A stretch of 60,403 nucleotides of DNA, the filler included, from Bipalium vagum (lineage: Eukaryota): NCBI GenBank assembly GCA_037834085.1. It is 3 parts of 3 records of this genome, joined end to end, with 100 filler letters (N's around TTAATTAATTAA, not from the genome) between each part and the next. Parts side by side here need not be neighbours in the genome. Positions count along the whole stretch, not along the records: positions 1 to 25,525 come from JBBMKC010190959.1; positions 25,626 to 43,286 come from JBBMKC010056594.1; 1 more part is not named here. The stretch is one strand, 5' to 3'. Positions 22,690 through 38,609 of the stretch are shown in pieces. Each line of letters starts with the position of its first letter. The first letter of the stretch is position 1. The translations under genes and the position numbers were made by a program. The notes under the pieces were generated by a model. It made no database searches. It worked only from the letters and a program-made list of their open reading frames with translations, and had not been told where the DNA came from.

Positions 22690-25180
22690 GGGAGTCAAAG
22701 ACATAATGCAAAGTCTCCTGGGGGTCGAGACGATGACGGTGAGGGTCACGGCGGCTCCGGCAACCATAAAGGAACAGTCCACATGTTGTGCCTTCAAAGC
22801 CTTGCAGGCGGTACGAATCTTGCTCCACCAGGTGGCCTGTCCAAACAAAGAGAAATTCCTTTGGTTTGATAACCATGACAAGGCCACAGCAAGATCCGTA
22901 TGGGCGGTCACAGACTGACGCATTCGTACCACATGCAGTAGGTGGTTCGCTGAGAAGGTTCGGAAAGCAGTATTTGGACTTGTCAGATATCTGAGTCCTT
23001 GCACCACGCTGCAGATGTGGTAGTCTTCGATAGAGCGGGTCACTCCAAAGCCCCCCAGTGATGCCGGCAAATAAAGATAAGCTTTATTCATATTTGTTAG
23101 ATGCCGCGTGTCCGTGATTTGCCGGAACATCCTGCGAAGCCGCTCGTCATTATCCATGTTTCTAGTCTCGGTGGAGAGCTTGACGAGGGTGAGATCGTCG
23201 ACAACACAATTTGAGAAATGGAATGGAAGTCGCGAATGGAGGAAAGTTTTGTAGAGGTGATTCGCTTGGGCCGGATGCAAGTCGGAATGGATAATGTGGG
23301 CGAAATCAGAGAGATTCCTCTCGAGAATTTCATCAGTAGAGTTCTGGAGATCCGCTCAATGTGTGACCCCCAGATATGAGTACACATAGGCAGGATCAAC
23401 CGGAGGGATGAGTTCACCTTGGATGAAGAGAGGAGACGGCGTAGTGCCCAAGCAAAGGTAGCCACATTTTATGGGTCTGAAAGAAAGATGGATGGCCTTC
23501 GTCCGCAAAGGGCCTCAATCATGGTCTGTAGCTTGCCGTGTGAGGACGCTATGACCGCGATATCATCGACATAAACTAGACAATCAAAGGTGTCTTCGAA
23601 GACTTGGAGGCGGTTCAGATAGGAATAAAAATGTTACAAAAGGAAAATTGATGGCCAAACAGAATAGGGACATAATCAGCGGACAACCCTGTTTAACCCC
23701 CTTATGTATGTCAATGGATGGTGTAGTGAGGTGGTGACACACATAAAAGGTTGAGTTGTCCGCATATATATGTTGGAGAAGTTGAATGTCCATGTCCATT
23801 ATATCGGACTTACGAAGGGTGATCCAGAGGAGCACATGGGGCAGACTGAGAAATGCCTCTTCAACATCCAGAAAGCACAAATGAAGCTCCTTCTGGATCA
23901 AACGACAATATTCACAGAGGCCCACAATTGTTTCGTTATGTTCCCCAGAACCGTTCTGTGAATGGATGGCCTTCTGGTTACGATGGAGAAGGCCCGCCTG
24001 GATTATCCATTCAAGGAGACGGTTGTTGAGCAGAAGGGCAAACAAACGATAAGATGTGGTGAGGATGGCAATCTGTCTCCAAGACCCTGGCAGTTGTGAG
24101 AACTTGAGTTTGCCCGGCTTCAAAATCAAGAGGGTGTTGAAGGTCTTCCAAGATTTGGGGATGATGCCATGGCGGAGAATATGGTTGAAAAAGGCCACAA
24201 GGAAGACACACTCCGGGTCGACGGCACGCCAGTCAGAGTAGATGAGGCCATCAGCACCTGGAGACTAGGTGGAGGTCATCTTAAAGGTCTTAACAATTTC
24301 AGCGGCATCAGTGGGAAGTCTGAGCCCCGCAAAGGCACGAGATTTGAGGGCCGGATGCAAACGGATATCAACAGGCGGTGGAGCGACAGAGGAGAAATGT
24401 GAGAGAATGTTTTCGCAGGTGGGAAACGAAGATGGCATGGAGTTCGGCAGGAGGTCAAGGAAAATGGATTTTGGGTTAAGTTCATATAACTGCCGGAGGT
24501 GATAGGCTGAGTCGCCCATTTTCTCACGGTTTGGCGAGGCCGGGCTCTTGATCGTTTTGAGGGCAAAACGAGCTAGGAAGAGTTGGGCAGCGGCACGTTT
24601 GGCGAAGTCCAGAATACGGTCGAGATCGCACGAATGATCGACAGGATCAAGGAGGGAGAGACCTTCATTAATGATGGGGTGAGTTTGGAGTGCAGGTTCA
24701 AGGTCAGGCTTGAGGGCCCGTCCTCGGAGGATGCCGTCAATAATGACTGCCAGTGAGTCCTGTATAGCAGCATGTCTGGGCTGGTGAAAGATTCCCGACA
24801 GCCCCCACATAATCCAGGGCATATTGGCAGATGAAGTAGCCACAATCCGTCGTGGGTCCCTGGAGTGGAAGATCAAGGATGGAGCCCTCCGTGATGGTGT
24901 TGGTCTCGAGCGTGCAACAGAGCTTGGTGATGGCCATATTGAGGGTACGGTGAAGCTTCAATTGCTCGTGAGACAAGGAGGATTTGGCCGGATCGAGGAG
25001 AAAGGAACAAGGCAGGGCATGATCAACAATTAAAAGGAGCCAATGTTTCCTCTCCCAGAGGATTGGCCAGAGAATGACCAATGGGACATACGATGAAAGG
25101 GAAAAAAAGTATAAAAGTCACGGCCATTCCTCTGCATGAGAGCAATTGCAGGCCCAGGCCGAATGAAAATAATTGAGGGG
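22690..25180 (-). mobile_element. NeSL/Utopia-type non-LTR retrotransposon: Ulp1-like protease + reverse transcriptase, frameshifted, 3'-truncated
   Basis: RT motifs IPKSWK, SWRQIAIL, NQKA, FLDVEEAFLSLPH, GVKQGCPL, LVYVDD (~23565-23580), YLPASLGGFG. Upstream ORF 24737-25081 has KHWLLLIVD..LLDP..PLQGPTTDCGYFICQYA. GC is about 50% against very AT-rich flanks. Confidence 0.9.
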
Positions 25181-25525
25181 TCTTAGATGTTGGCATTTTA
25201 CATATCAAACGGATCAATTTTAGTCAACGAATAGTAAGAAAACAACCAAGGAATCACTTATACCTTTTGTGACTAATTTATTTTAATTCTATTTCAAGAA
25301 GATTTTTCGTATTCACTAATTTTCACCTTTTTAAATAATTATTTAGACAATACATAAATTCTATTGTAAAAATATTATAGTATATGTTCAATATTTAGGG
25401 TATCAAATTTAAACCTGACTCCAAAAATCTTAGGTGGTGCAATTAAAGACAATCAGTAAAGCAACACTTGTATTTATACCACACCAACACAAAATACAAT
25501 ACACTGAAATTCAAAAAGATAATGC

Positions 25526-25625
25526 NNNNNNNNNNNNNNNNNNNNNNNNNNNNNNNNNNNNNNNNNNNNTTAATTAATTAANNNNNNNNNNNNNNNNNNN
25601 NNNNNNNNNNNNNNNNNNNNNNNNN
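25526..25625. other. artificial contig spacer (44N-TTAATTAATTAA-44N)
   Basis: Exactly 100 nt with a six-frame stop linker; identical to 43287-43386. Confidence 0.97.
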
Positions 25626-26879
25626 TTTAATATTTTTTTATTATATTTGTTTTAATTTAATTTTCTTAATTCATTGATATAAAAATTAAAATGAAAAAAA
25701 CCGCAAAAGGAAGATAATGAAACAATTACTTATCTTTAACATTGGAGATTTAGTAAGAAATGTTAATATTTATTTCATGTTAAAAATTGTCTGAAAACTA
25801 TTCTAAAAATTTATTACTTTATGAAAATGATTCGATGCCAAAAAATAACAAAATTAAATCCAATAATATTTAAACAAAAAGAAAGATTTATATATTAACT
25901 TTTTCCAATTTGGTTCAATAATTTAGCCCTCGTAATCATTAAAAAAATTGTCGAAAATGATTATCTATTACGTTAATTTTCAATCGAGAATAGTAATAAG
26001 TTTCAGTAAATAATTAATTACTGAACTTAATCAATAAATACTATTGTAAAAAAATTCGTATAAAAAAGCTTTTGTGTAATTTTCAAAAATTATATTTTTT
26101 CCTGTTTCCAAGGTCACTAAATAATGTATTCAATTAATCTAATCAATTGATATTACTGCAGATCATTGGCAAAATTTCAGTAAGAAATTATCGTAAAAAT
26201 CCGATCAAAGAAGAATGTCATATTGGAAAACTGTTTACTTTAAAAATCGAGATTTCTTTTTTATGACTTTCAGTTTCATTTATTGTAATAAAAATATGAA
26301 TAATAAGGTTCTTAATTACAATCATTTAATGGGGAAATATCGATTTGAATCACATAACTTTTTCAATATAAATTAAACATTATTAGAAAATTTGTTAGTT
26401 TCATAAAAGACAAGGATGTAATTTTTATGAATTCTTATTGAATTAAATCTTATTTTTATGATATTAAAAATATAATTACACATAATAATGAAAAGTACAT
26501 TTCATTTACATTTTTAATTGTTAAATTTCTTAATGTCTTTAAAAATTCTTCCATTAGAAATTTCTTCAATTAGAAATGGAAGACATGTTACATATAACAA
26601 ATAAATATTTTTTAGAAAACTAAATATACTTAGACTTCTTTTATTAAAAATATAATAAGCAAAAATCAAATAAATTTTAACCAATAAATTGAATATTGTT
26701 ACACTCAAATACTTCAAATAAAAATTAAATATTTACTATTAATTTTTATAATTAATTAACGAATTTTATAAGTTATCTGGAAAATTGATTTTAAATAAAA
26801 ACAATTTATAGACATTAATATTTGTTGTTATTCAATAATTAAAAGATTTTTTAATTTTAAAACAAGAAATTTAATTTTA

Positions 26880-31204
<4,325 letters not shown>

Positions 31205-32827
31205 TCATTTGTGTAAAGTCTAAAGTTAACTGGTGTTACTTTGATTAATATAGATTAAATTGTAAAAATTATTGTTAGCACAACATGAAATGATAAATTT
31301 AAATGGATAATAATAGTACTTTAAACTAGTTAACGAAATTTTTTCGTGGTGACAAAATTTATAGAAAATTCATTCAAATTCAATAATAAGTTAGATTATT
31401 TAAACACAGACTGCTTTTAAACGATTTTTATTTAGTAATTTAAAATTGAACATAATTTCCTACTTAATATCAGAAATTTGTTAATTAAACTTTAGATTTT
31501 AATAAATGTTAACGTCAAAGATAATTTATAAATTGTCCTTCAATATACATACAATTATTATTTGAGTTATTATAGTGATCTGATGTTCAATCATTTATTA
31601 AAAATTATTATTGTTACTTCATTATAGTGTAATGTTGCTGAAGTTCGATTTATAATTATATAAATTATTGTTAAATATTTTAATCTTAATTTTCTTTTTT
31701 TTAAGATTTCATTAAAAATATCTAAAAATATTTTTTATTCAAATGTCAGAAATTTACATATTTAATATATTCAATGATGCTTTCTTTAAATATCGCTGAA
31801 CAGATATTTGTTTTAAATCATCAATTAAATCAAAGTCAATTTTCAACTTTTTTTACATTAAGTAAAATAAATAAATGATCTGTTAAACAATGAATTTCAA
31901 TAATATTATTATATTCCTATTCTAATTTAATATTTTACATTGAACTGATATTTCGTTTTGGAACTGATAAAGCATCTCGATAACTATTTTCTTCCAATGT
32001 TTGGAAGAGTAATTTTTAATTACTCTCACTTTTAAAAATTACAGAAAATTAAACAATGGTCTACAGTACATATAAAAAATACAGATTTAATCTTTAATTC
32101 TATTCATAGTTTACCTTAATTTAAATATCAATTTTAAAGTATGTATAATTATTTAAAAGGTTATAGTGCAATCTCAACACTTCAATAATACAGTAAAGGG
32201 TAAGTAAGTAAGAGTCAAGATCTGGTGTTAGTTATATACAATCATAAGATTAATGGAAGATTAATTAAAATTTATGTTCTTTAATTTATTCTTTTAACTA
32301 GAACAAATGAGAATAAGAAGTCTAAAAATTTCTACATAAAAACAGTAATATTTATTAGAGTGAGTCATAATTAATTTCGGTTTTTATGAAATAATGAAGA
32401 GTGAGGTAAAGAAAGTAATTTTTTTATAAAACTTTTGAATAAAGCATTTATAATGACAAAAAGTAGTCCAAATATAATCTCAAAAGACTATTCCAAGTTT
32501 TTTCCCATAAAGATAATTCTTTCTAAGAAAATAATCTCTTTTCATTAGTAAATCCACGAAAAAACAAAATAATAACAGGTGGTTTTATTTCAAATTAAAG
32601 ATATTAAAACATGAATACAACAGGAAAAAGATAATTATGAAACAGTAAAAAATCATAAATAATTTATGATACATTATGTGGAGGCAAAACAAGTTTGGAT
32701 GAAAATATACAAAATAAAAGGTAATATTTTTTAATTACATATTTTATAATATTTATCGTTATAATTATTTTCCGCAGATATTATAAAAAATATTTCCGCA
32801 GTAATAAAACTATAAGATTAATTTGTT

Positions 32828-32835
32828 TTTCCCGC
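32828..32835 (+). promoter_or_regulatory. putative E2F site upstream of NAP1
   Basis: TTTCCCGC matches the TTTSSCGC consensus; it lies 30 nt before the predicted ATG in otherwise very AT-rich DNA. Confidence 0.45.
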
Positions 32836-32865
32836 CGTACTTTATTTATTTATGCATATCTGAAA

Positions 32866-34399
32866 ATGAATAATAGAAATCAGTAGGATTTTTTCTTATT
32901 AATACTTTTTTGAAATATGATGTAGAATTTTCAATTTCCTGCAGGACGAAAGTCCTACCTTCTTAGCACATTCCGACAATGAATTTAGTGAAGATGAAAG
33001 TATGGGCTTTAATCGAAACAGAGTTTCCAGATCTGACGCAATAGCAAAATATCAAAAGTATGAAATTCGTGCTGAATCTCATTTTATTATTTATGTTTTT
33101 CGAAGATTGCCAAAAGATGTTGAGAAGAGAGTCCTGGCGTTGAAAAACTTACAGCTGGATTACGTGAAAATGAAGGAAATGTTTTACAAAGAAATATATG
33201 ATCTGGAGTGCAAATATTCTCAATCTTATCAAAAATTTTTCAATAAAGTAAGACTTTGTAATATATTTTCGTTTTTGATCAAATATTCAGAGAGCGGAAA
33301 TTGTCAATGCCATCCGAGAACCGACCGAAGCTGAGTGCGATTATAATTCTGACTTCAGTCATGATGAGACCTTCAATGACATTGAAGTATTACCAGAAAT
33401 CGATGATGATAACAAGTTGACAGAGACCGTACAGAATTATGGTGTCACTAACAATATTAAAACTGGGCATTCAACCAGTGAAAGGGTTCCTTCAGTGAAA
33501 GGAATCCCCGATTTTTGGTTGACAGTGCTCCAGAATGGAGAACATACAAATCAGTTGATTCATGAATGTGATATTGAAATCTTGAAATGTTTGGTGGACA
33601 TTAAATGCATAGAGAACAATGGAAAGGAGAATGTAATTTTCAATTATTTAGATAATAATAATAATAATAATGATAATAATAACTTAAATTAAATAATCAA
33701 ATTTCACAATAAGGAGTTCGTTATTTATTTATTATTTGTATTTCAGGGATTTACTTTGGAGTTCCATTTTTCGAAAAATAAATATTTTAGAAATAAAAAG
33801 TTGACCAAACAATATTTTTTGGATTTCAACATTGTTCGAGAAGTGGCCTTTGAATACAAAGGTCCAGAAACAATTCGAATTAAAGGGTAAGCTTCGCTTC
33901 TCAATATTTATTGAATTCATCTATTTTCAGTTGTGATATTAAATGGTTCAAAGACAAAAACACCACAGTCAAACCTGTGGAAACCCAACACAAAAATCGT
34001 CGTGGAAAAAATCAGGTTTTGTTTGAGAAGAAACATTCCTTCTTCAACTTCTTCCAGTCTCAATTACATTCTTTGGATGACGTTGTCACAATGGTTAGTT
34101 AAACATCTCCATCTCTTAATCCGATTTCATCTTAATTTTTCTTACAGCCACCAAAAATGCAAGAGTATCTTGAAAAAGACATTGACACGGGCCTATCAAT
34201 TCGAGATGATCTCATTCCTGGAGCCGTACTCTATTTTACGGGTGAAAAAATCGAGGATGTGAGTCAAGGAATTGATGAATATTTCTATTAATTATATTCA
34301 CTTTAGTTTGAGGACATGACATTTGAGAACGAGGAAGACGAAGAAGAAAGTAATGTGGAAGATTTCGAAGAAATGGAAATTGACGAAGAATACGAATAG
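32866..34399 (+). CDS. NAP1: nucleosome assembly protein 1-like, 379 aa, 8 exons (32866-32882, 32926-33057, 33106-33247, 33291-33632, 33747-33886, 33931-34093, 34148-34258, 34307-34399)
   Basis: LPKDVEKRVLALKNLQ, EPTEAEC, KGIPDFWLTVL, GFTLEFHF..NKYF.NK.LTKQY, GCDIKW, SFFNFF, IPGAVLYFTGE and an acidic tail. GT-AG introns with consistent phases; exon 1 is less certain. Confidence 0.93.
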
Positions 34400-34599
34400 A
34401 TTAAAGAATGATTCTTTTCTCTCCAGTTTCACTTTAGATTAAATAAAGATAATTTTCATTTTATATTTGGACTTTTACGATTTAGTACTATTAAATATGA
34501 TTTATATCTCTCTGAAACAATTAGATCTTTAAGGTCTACAATTGCACAATATTATCATACAGTATGTGTAGTATATATGCCTTTATTATTTATTTGGTA

Positions 34600-35223
34600 A
34601 CAATGTTGGTGCTTCAATGTTGTCCACTGCGACTATGACAATGTAGCAAGCCTTCCTAATACCACACATTTCATACTCTTAAAATAGTGAAATGATTTCT
34701 TCAAAACATCTTGCAATTTCTATCTAACCCTATTTTTACTTATATTAAAGGAAACAATATCACGTTTTTGCAAGAAACGAGAGTTGAAATGATCATGATT
34801 TTTTTGGCTTCGTTTAAACAATTCCAGTAACTTTTCTTCCTTTGTGGTAATTTTCGATATTCTCAGTCTTCCAAAATGGTTCTTGTTGAAATTATTAATA
34901 GTTTAACCTTTTTCGAACTTATCCTTTAAACGACTGATTGTCAGTCTCGTTGGATTATCTATCAGAATTTCTTTCTTGAACAGGGTCTGTATCTCTTTTA
35001 TGTTTTCAAACTTGAAATAATTTTTGATAATAGATTTTAGCTGCTTAAAATTCAACCTACCTTTCATGATTCGACCTTTAAGAATTAATTTATAAGTGTA
35101 AAATATCGGTAATTTCTTACCAGTTATTGTATTATTTAAATAAACTATAAAACAAGTTATAAGAACATATAATTACTTCACGATTTATATTTAAGGTGTG
35201 TATACTTTTTTTGAGACACCCTG
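34600..35223 (-). mobile_element. Tc1/Tc3-like element, 5' part with TIR
   Basis: TIR CAGGGTGTCTCAAAAAAAGT ending at 35223; N-terminal HTH MKGRLNFKQLKSIIKNYFKFEN...PTRLTISRLKDKFE...HFGRLR. Confidence 0.7.
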
Positions 35224-35643
35224 GAATTAATTATTAATAAGACAGAAAAAGTAAAATCTTAGACTACTCAAAAAATTGCTTTTTGTGAAAGGGTAGTCAG
35301 CACAGAAATTAGAGTAATTATGAGTAATTTTGATAATAACGAAGAACGAAAGTTTTGAGTCATTGTTAATAAAAAAAACAGCAATCAGATATTAATGTTC
35401 AAAAAGCAGAAAGTAAAAACCAATGGATCGTCAGTGTTTTTCCTGATTAATGAAAAATATTTTTTTAAAGTTGAAAAATAATAATCATAATAATTTTAGC
35501 CAACCAGAATTCGACACAATACTTTAATTAAAAAATAGTATTATTATTTAATGAATTTAAATGTTTAATATTATAGGGTGACATATTTCTATATGTACTT
35601 ACATTTTAAGAAAGTCAATATATAAAAATAAGGATCCTAAAAT

Positions 35644-36110
35644 ATGAAACCTACAAGAAAGAGGCTTTTATTTGTTCCAAATGAAAGGAATATCCTAGAT
35701 AAAATTCGTGAACGTTCCATTTATGCAACTAAGATTGCCAGGTTTCCCGATGAATGTTTAATATTTCTAGATGAAACAGATTTTAATCAGCATACGAGTC
35801 GACATTATGGTTATTCACCTGTAAATACAAAGACCTTTGTAAATGTTCTAGTTAATCGAGAAATTAACAGAATTCTGGTTTGTGGAATTGGAGTTGAAGA
35901 AGAAATCGCTCACCAATTCAAAACTGGAGCATATAAATTTAATTCGTTTGGTCAGTTTCATATTTTTTGTTTCATATATTTTTTATTTTATATTTTTCTT
36001 ATTATGAATAAAGCTAGAATTCATAAGACTAATGTAGTCTTGGAAATTTTAAGACAAAAAAATATTGCTTACAAGTTTCTGGTTCCATATTAACCTGAAC
36101 TCAACCCAAA
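35644..36110 (+). mobile_element. IS630/Tc1-like (DD34E) transposase remnant
   Basis: LIFLDETDFNQH, LIMNKARIHK (degenerate MDN), FLVPY*PELNP. Confidence 0.85.
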
Positions 36111-36759
36111 CATAAATTCAGTGAGCAATGTAAAGGTTTCTGTGTAAATATGAGGTGATTGGTTGATAAAACAAGAATGAACGAACCGTTTATTTAATAA
36201 TTATTTGCAAGGTACATATAGACTTTCATAAATATTGCATATAGAAATGCATAAACATACACACAGAATTACAGTGAGAAATATATAAAATTATTTGTAT
36301 TAATTAGCATTAGATTTTATTTTAATATGATTTTGTTTTAATCTAGACGTTATTGTTAAACTATTGGCCAAATATTTTCCTTAAAAAATAAAAAATGCAT
36401 TACACAAATTTCCACCAAATTAAACATAAAATGGCTTCTCTGGTAGTAAATGTATATAATTATACTAATATAATCCTGGAAATTGATAATGGCCTAGGGG
36501 TTGGAAATCAAAATTGATATTCTACAAATTCCTCTTTGAATTTAGAAAAAACTTTAATTATTCCACGAAGCTATTATTAATTGATAAAGTGTCCCAGGAA
36601 ATTTTTCAACTGTCAAAGACTTAATTTTCTTGATTATAAGAAATTAATTAATTGTTCTGGAAATTTAGAAAAATTATCAAGTTTTTTAAAAGCATTTTGT
36701 TTTTCAACTTTTATTATTAATATCTTTTAAATTCTATTGAGTCTTATAAATAATTTTAA

Positions 36760-37210
36760 CATATTCACGACTGGGCCAATTATTGCCGAAAGTTTATTTA
36801 AGAAATGAATAAAGAATTGAAACTTGCCTTTCTGACATTGATCAAGAGAAAGGGTTCAATTATTTTGCAAGACAATACAAACCAACAAGTCGGACAAACA
36901 AATTAGCCAAAAATGTTTAATGATTTTGGATAACAGATTTTGCCTCACTCCTCATACTTACCAAACCTGTCGCCAACAGATTTTCATGTTTTGAAACACC
37001 TGGACAACTTTCTTCTCAGCAAGCTGTCTAGCATGATTTCGTAATCTCCAGAAGCAAAGACTTTTCCAACCAGCATCAATAAACTTGTTAATCAATATCA
37101 GAAATTTATGGTATCTCATTGATTTTATTTGAATAAAGTTTATTTTTAGGTGAGTTTTGATTATTTTACTTTCACAGTTAAAAAATGACATTATTTATGC
37201 ACCAACCTAA
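36760..37210 (+). mobile_element. mariner 3' fragment with TIR
   Basis: ILQDNT, LPHSSYLPNLSPTDF(H) and a terminal CATTATTTATGCACCAACCTAA. Confidence 0.75.
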
Positions 37211-37219
37211 AACTATATG

Positions 37220-38003
37220 CAGTGCTCCAAATAATTATTGCCACACTAAGAATTTTGTATGTAGAAGCTATCAAAGTTATTAATATTTATATATAAGTAA
37301 TATAACAATATATCCATCCTATTAATAGATATATATACACAAAAAAATTTTTAAAAAAGTCAAAAATAACTAAAAAATAACAATAATTTATTGCCGCATA
37401 TCAATTCATAAATTCTATTTGGTATAGAATGTACCAGTGCTTGCAGGATGCTGTTATCGTTTTCATCCCAACAGTGAATTACGCTTTGTTGCTGCAAAAA
37501 TCTTCGTCTTAGAACCCCGTGTCTTCTTTTCTTTATTTTTATTCTTCAAAAAGTATCTTATACGACTTTAATTCTTCCCTAACTTAGAACCGATTCATCT
37601 GTTCGATTTTCTGGTGTCGTCGTAGGCATAGATCATTCCCTTCTCAGTGTCGGTTAATCTTGCAATTTTACTCATCTTACTAAATACTTTTTTATAAAAT
37701 CTTAGTATTCAACAGATAGAAGTACTTACATTTAATATTTAATTCTCAAACGTTTAATTTATATAATTAGATTTAAATAATTTCACTTTTAAATTAGTGC
37801 GGCAATAATTAGTTGGAATTAATTATCTGATATATTATAGCAGATCAGTTTTATGTTAAGTAAATAGTTGATTAGTTAGCCGAAAGTTATTTTAAAATCT
37901 TACAAATATTTCATGCATAAATAATCAAAAGAATTTATTTAAATTTAAATTAGTTAAGATTTATTATATTTTCAAGGTGCGGCAATAATTAGTTGGAGTA
38001 CTG
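37220..38003 (-). mobile_element. non-autonomous Tc1 element with IR/DR-type ends
   Basis: Outer TIRs CAGTGCTCCAAATAATTATTGCCACAC / CAGTACTCCAACTAATTATTGCCGCAC, with inner copies of the motif at ~37381-37399 and ~37797-37818. The minus strand keeps only the HTH MSKIARLTDTEKGMIYAY... Confidence 0.85.
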
Positions 38004-38115
38004 TATGAATTAGCTAGATCGCAACATATAACCAAAAATGTTAAGAAGGCAAAATAAATGTTTCTGAGACACTGTATCATATTTTCAACTCCATAATGAT
38101 AGGGAGTTCATTATA

Positions 38116-38609
38116 TTTGGTAGTCTAAAAAGTTTCCGTCGATTTTGGTAAAATGAAAAAGTTAGAAAAATAAAGTCGAATTGAAAATTTGATTAAATTA
38201 CATAATTACCATTTTGATCGACAATGTCTTGCCATTTTTTTGGTAAAGCCAAAATTCCGTCACTATTACACTTTTTTGATTTATTGACAAAAATTTGAGA
38301 TGTGTTTTTCGCAATATACTTTTGAATTTAATTTTACCTGTGTAGAATTTTTACATTTAAAGAAATAAAATTTCCTTTTATATCGCATTTCTTCTTTATT
38401 TATATCCATTTCTAAAGATGAATAAAATTTTATTAATTAATCAAAATGCCTAATTTTTAAAGTTATTCGAATAAATTATAATAATAAATTATTTATTATA
38501 ATAAATTTTAAAATGATATATTAAAACAAAATCAATTTCAATCAAACTACATAAAGAACATTTTCACCGTCTATTAACAAAGTCGGCGGAAACTTTTTAG
38601 ACTAACCAA
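38116..38609 (-). mobile_element. mariner-derived MITE (~494 bp)
   Basis: TIRs TTTGGTAGTCTAAAAAGTTTCCGTCGATTTTG / TTGGTTAGTCTAAAAAGTTTCCGCCGACTTTG with TA flanks; retains GILALPKKWQDIVDQNGNY. Confidence 0.85.

Noticed and set aside
22657-25033. Dense overlapping + strand and alternative-frame ORFs
   Set aside because: By-products of the GC-rich retrotransposon on the minus strand; no independent motifs.
25526-25625. TTAATTAATTAA palindrome inside N-runs (also 43287-43386)
   Set aside because: Identical 100-nt six-frame-stop assembly linker, not biological. It also explains the truncated TTBK and mariner.
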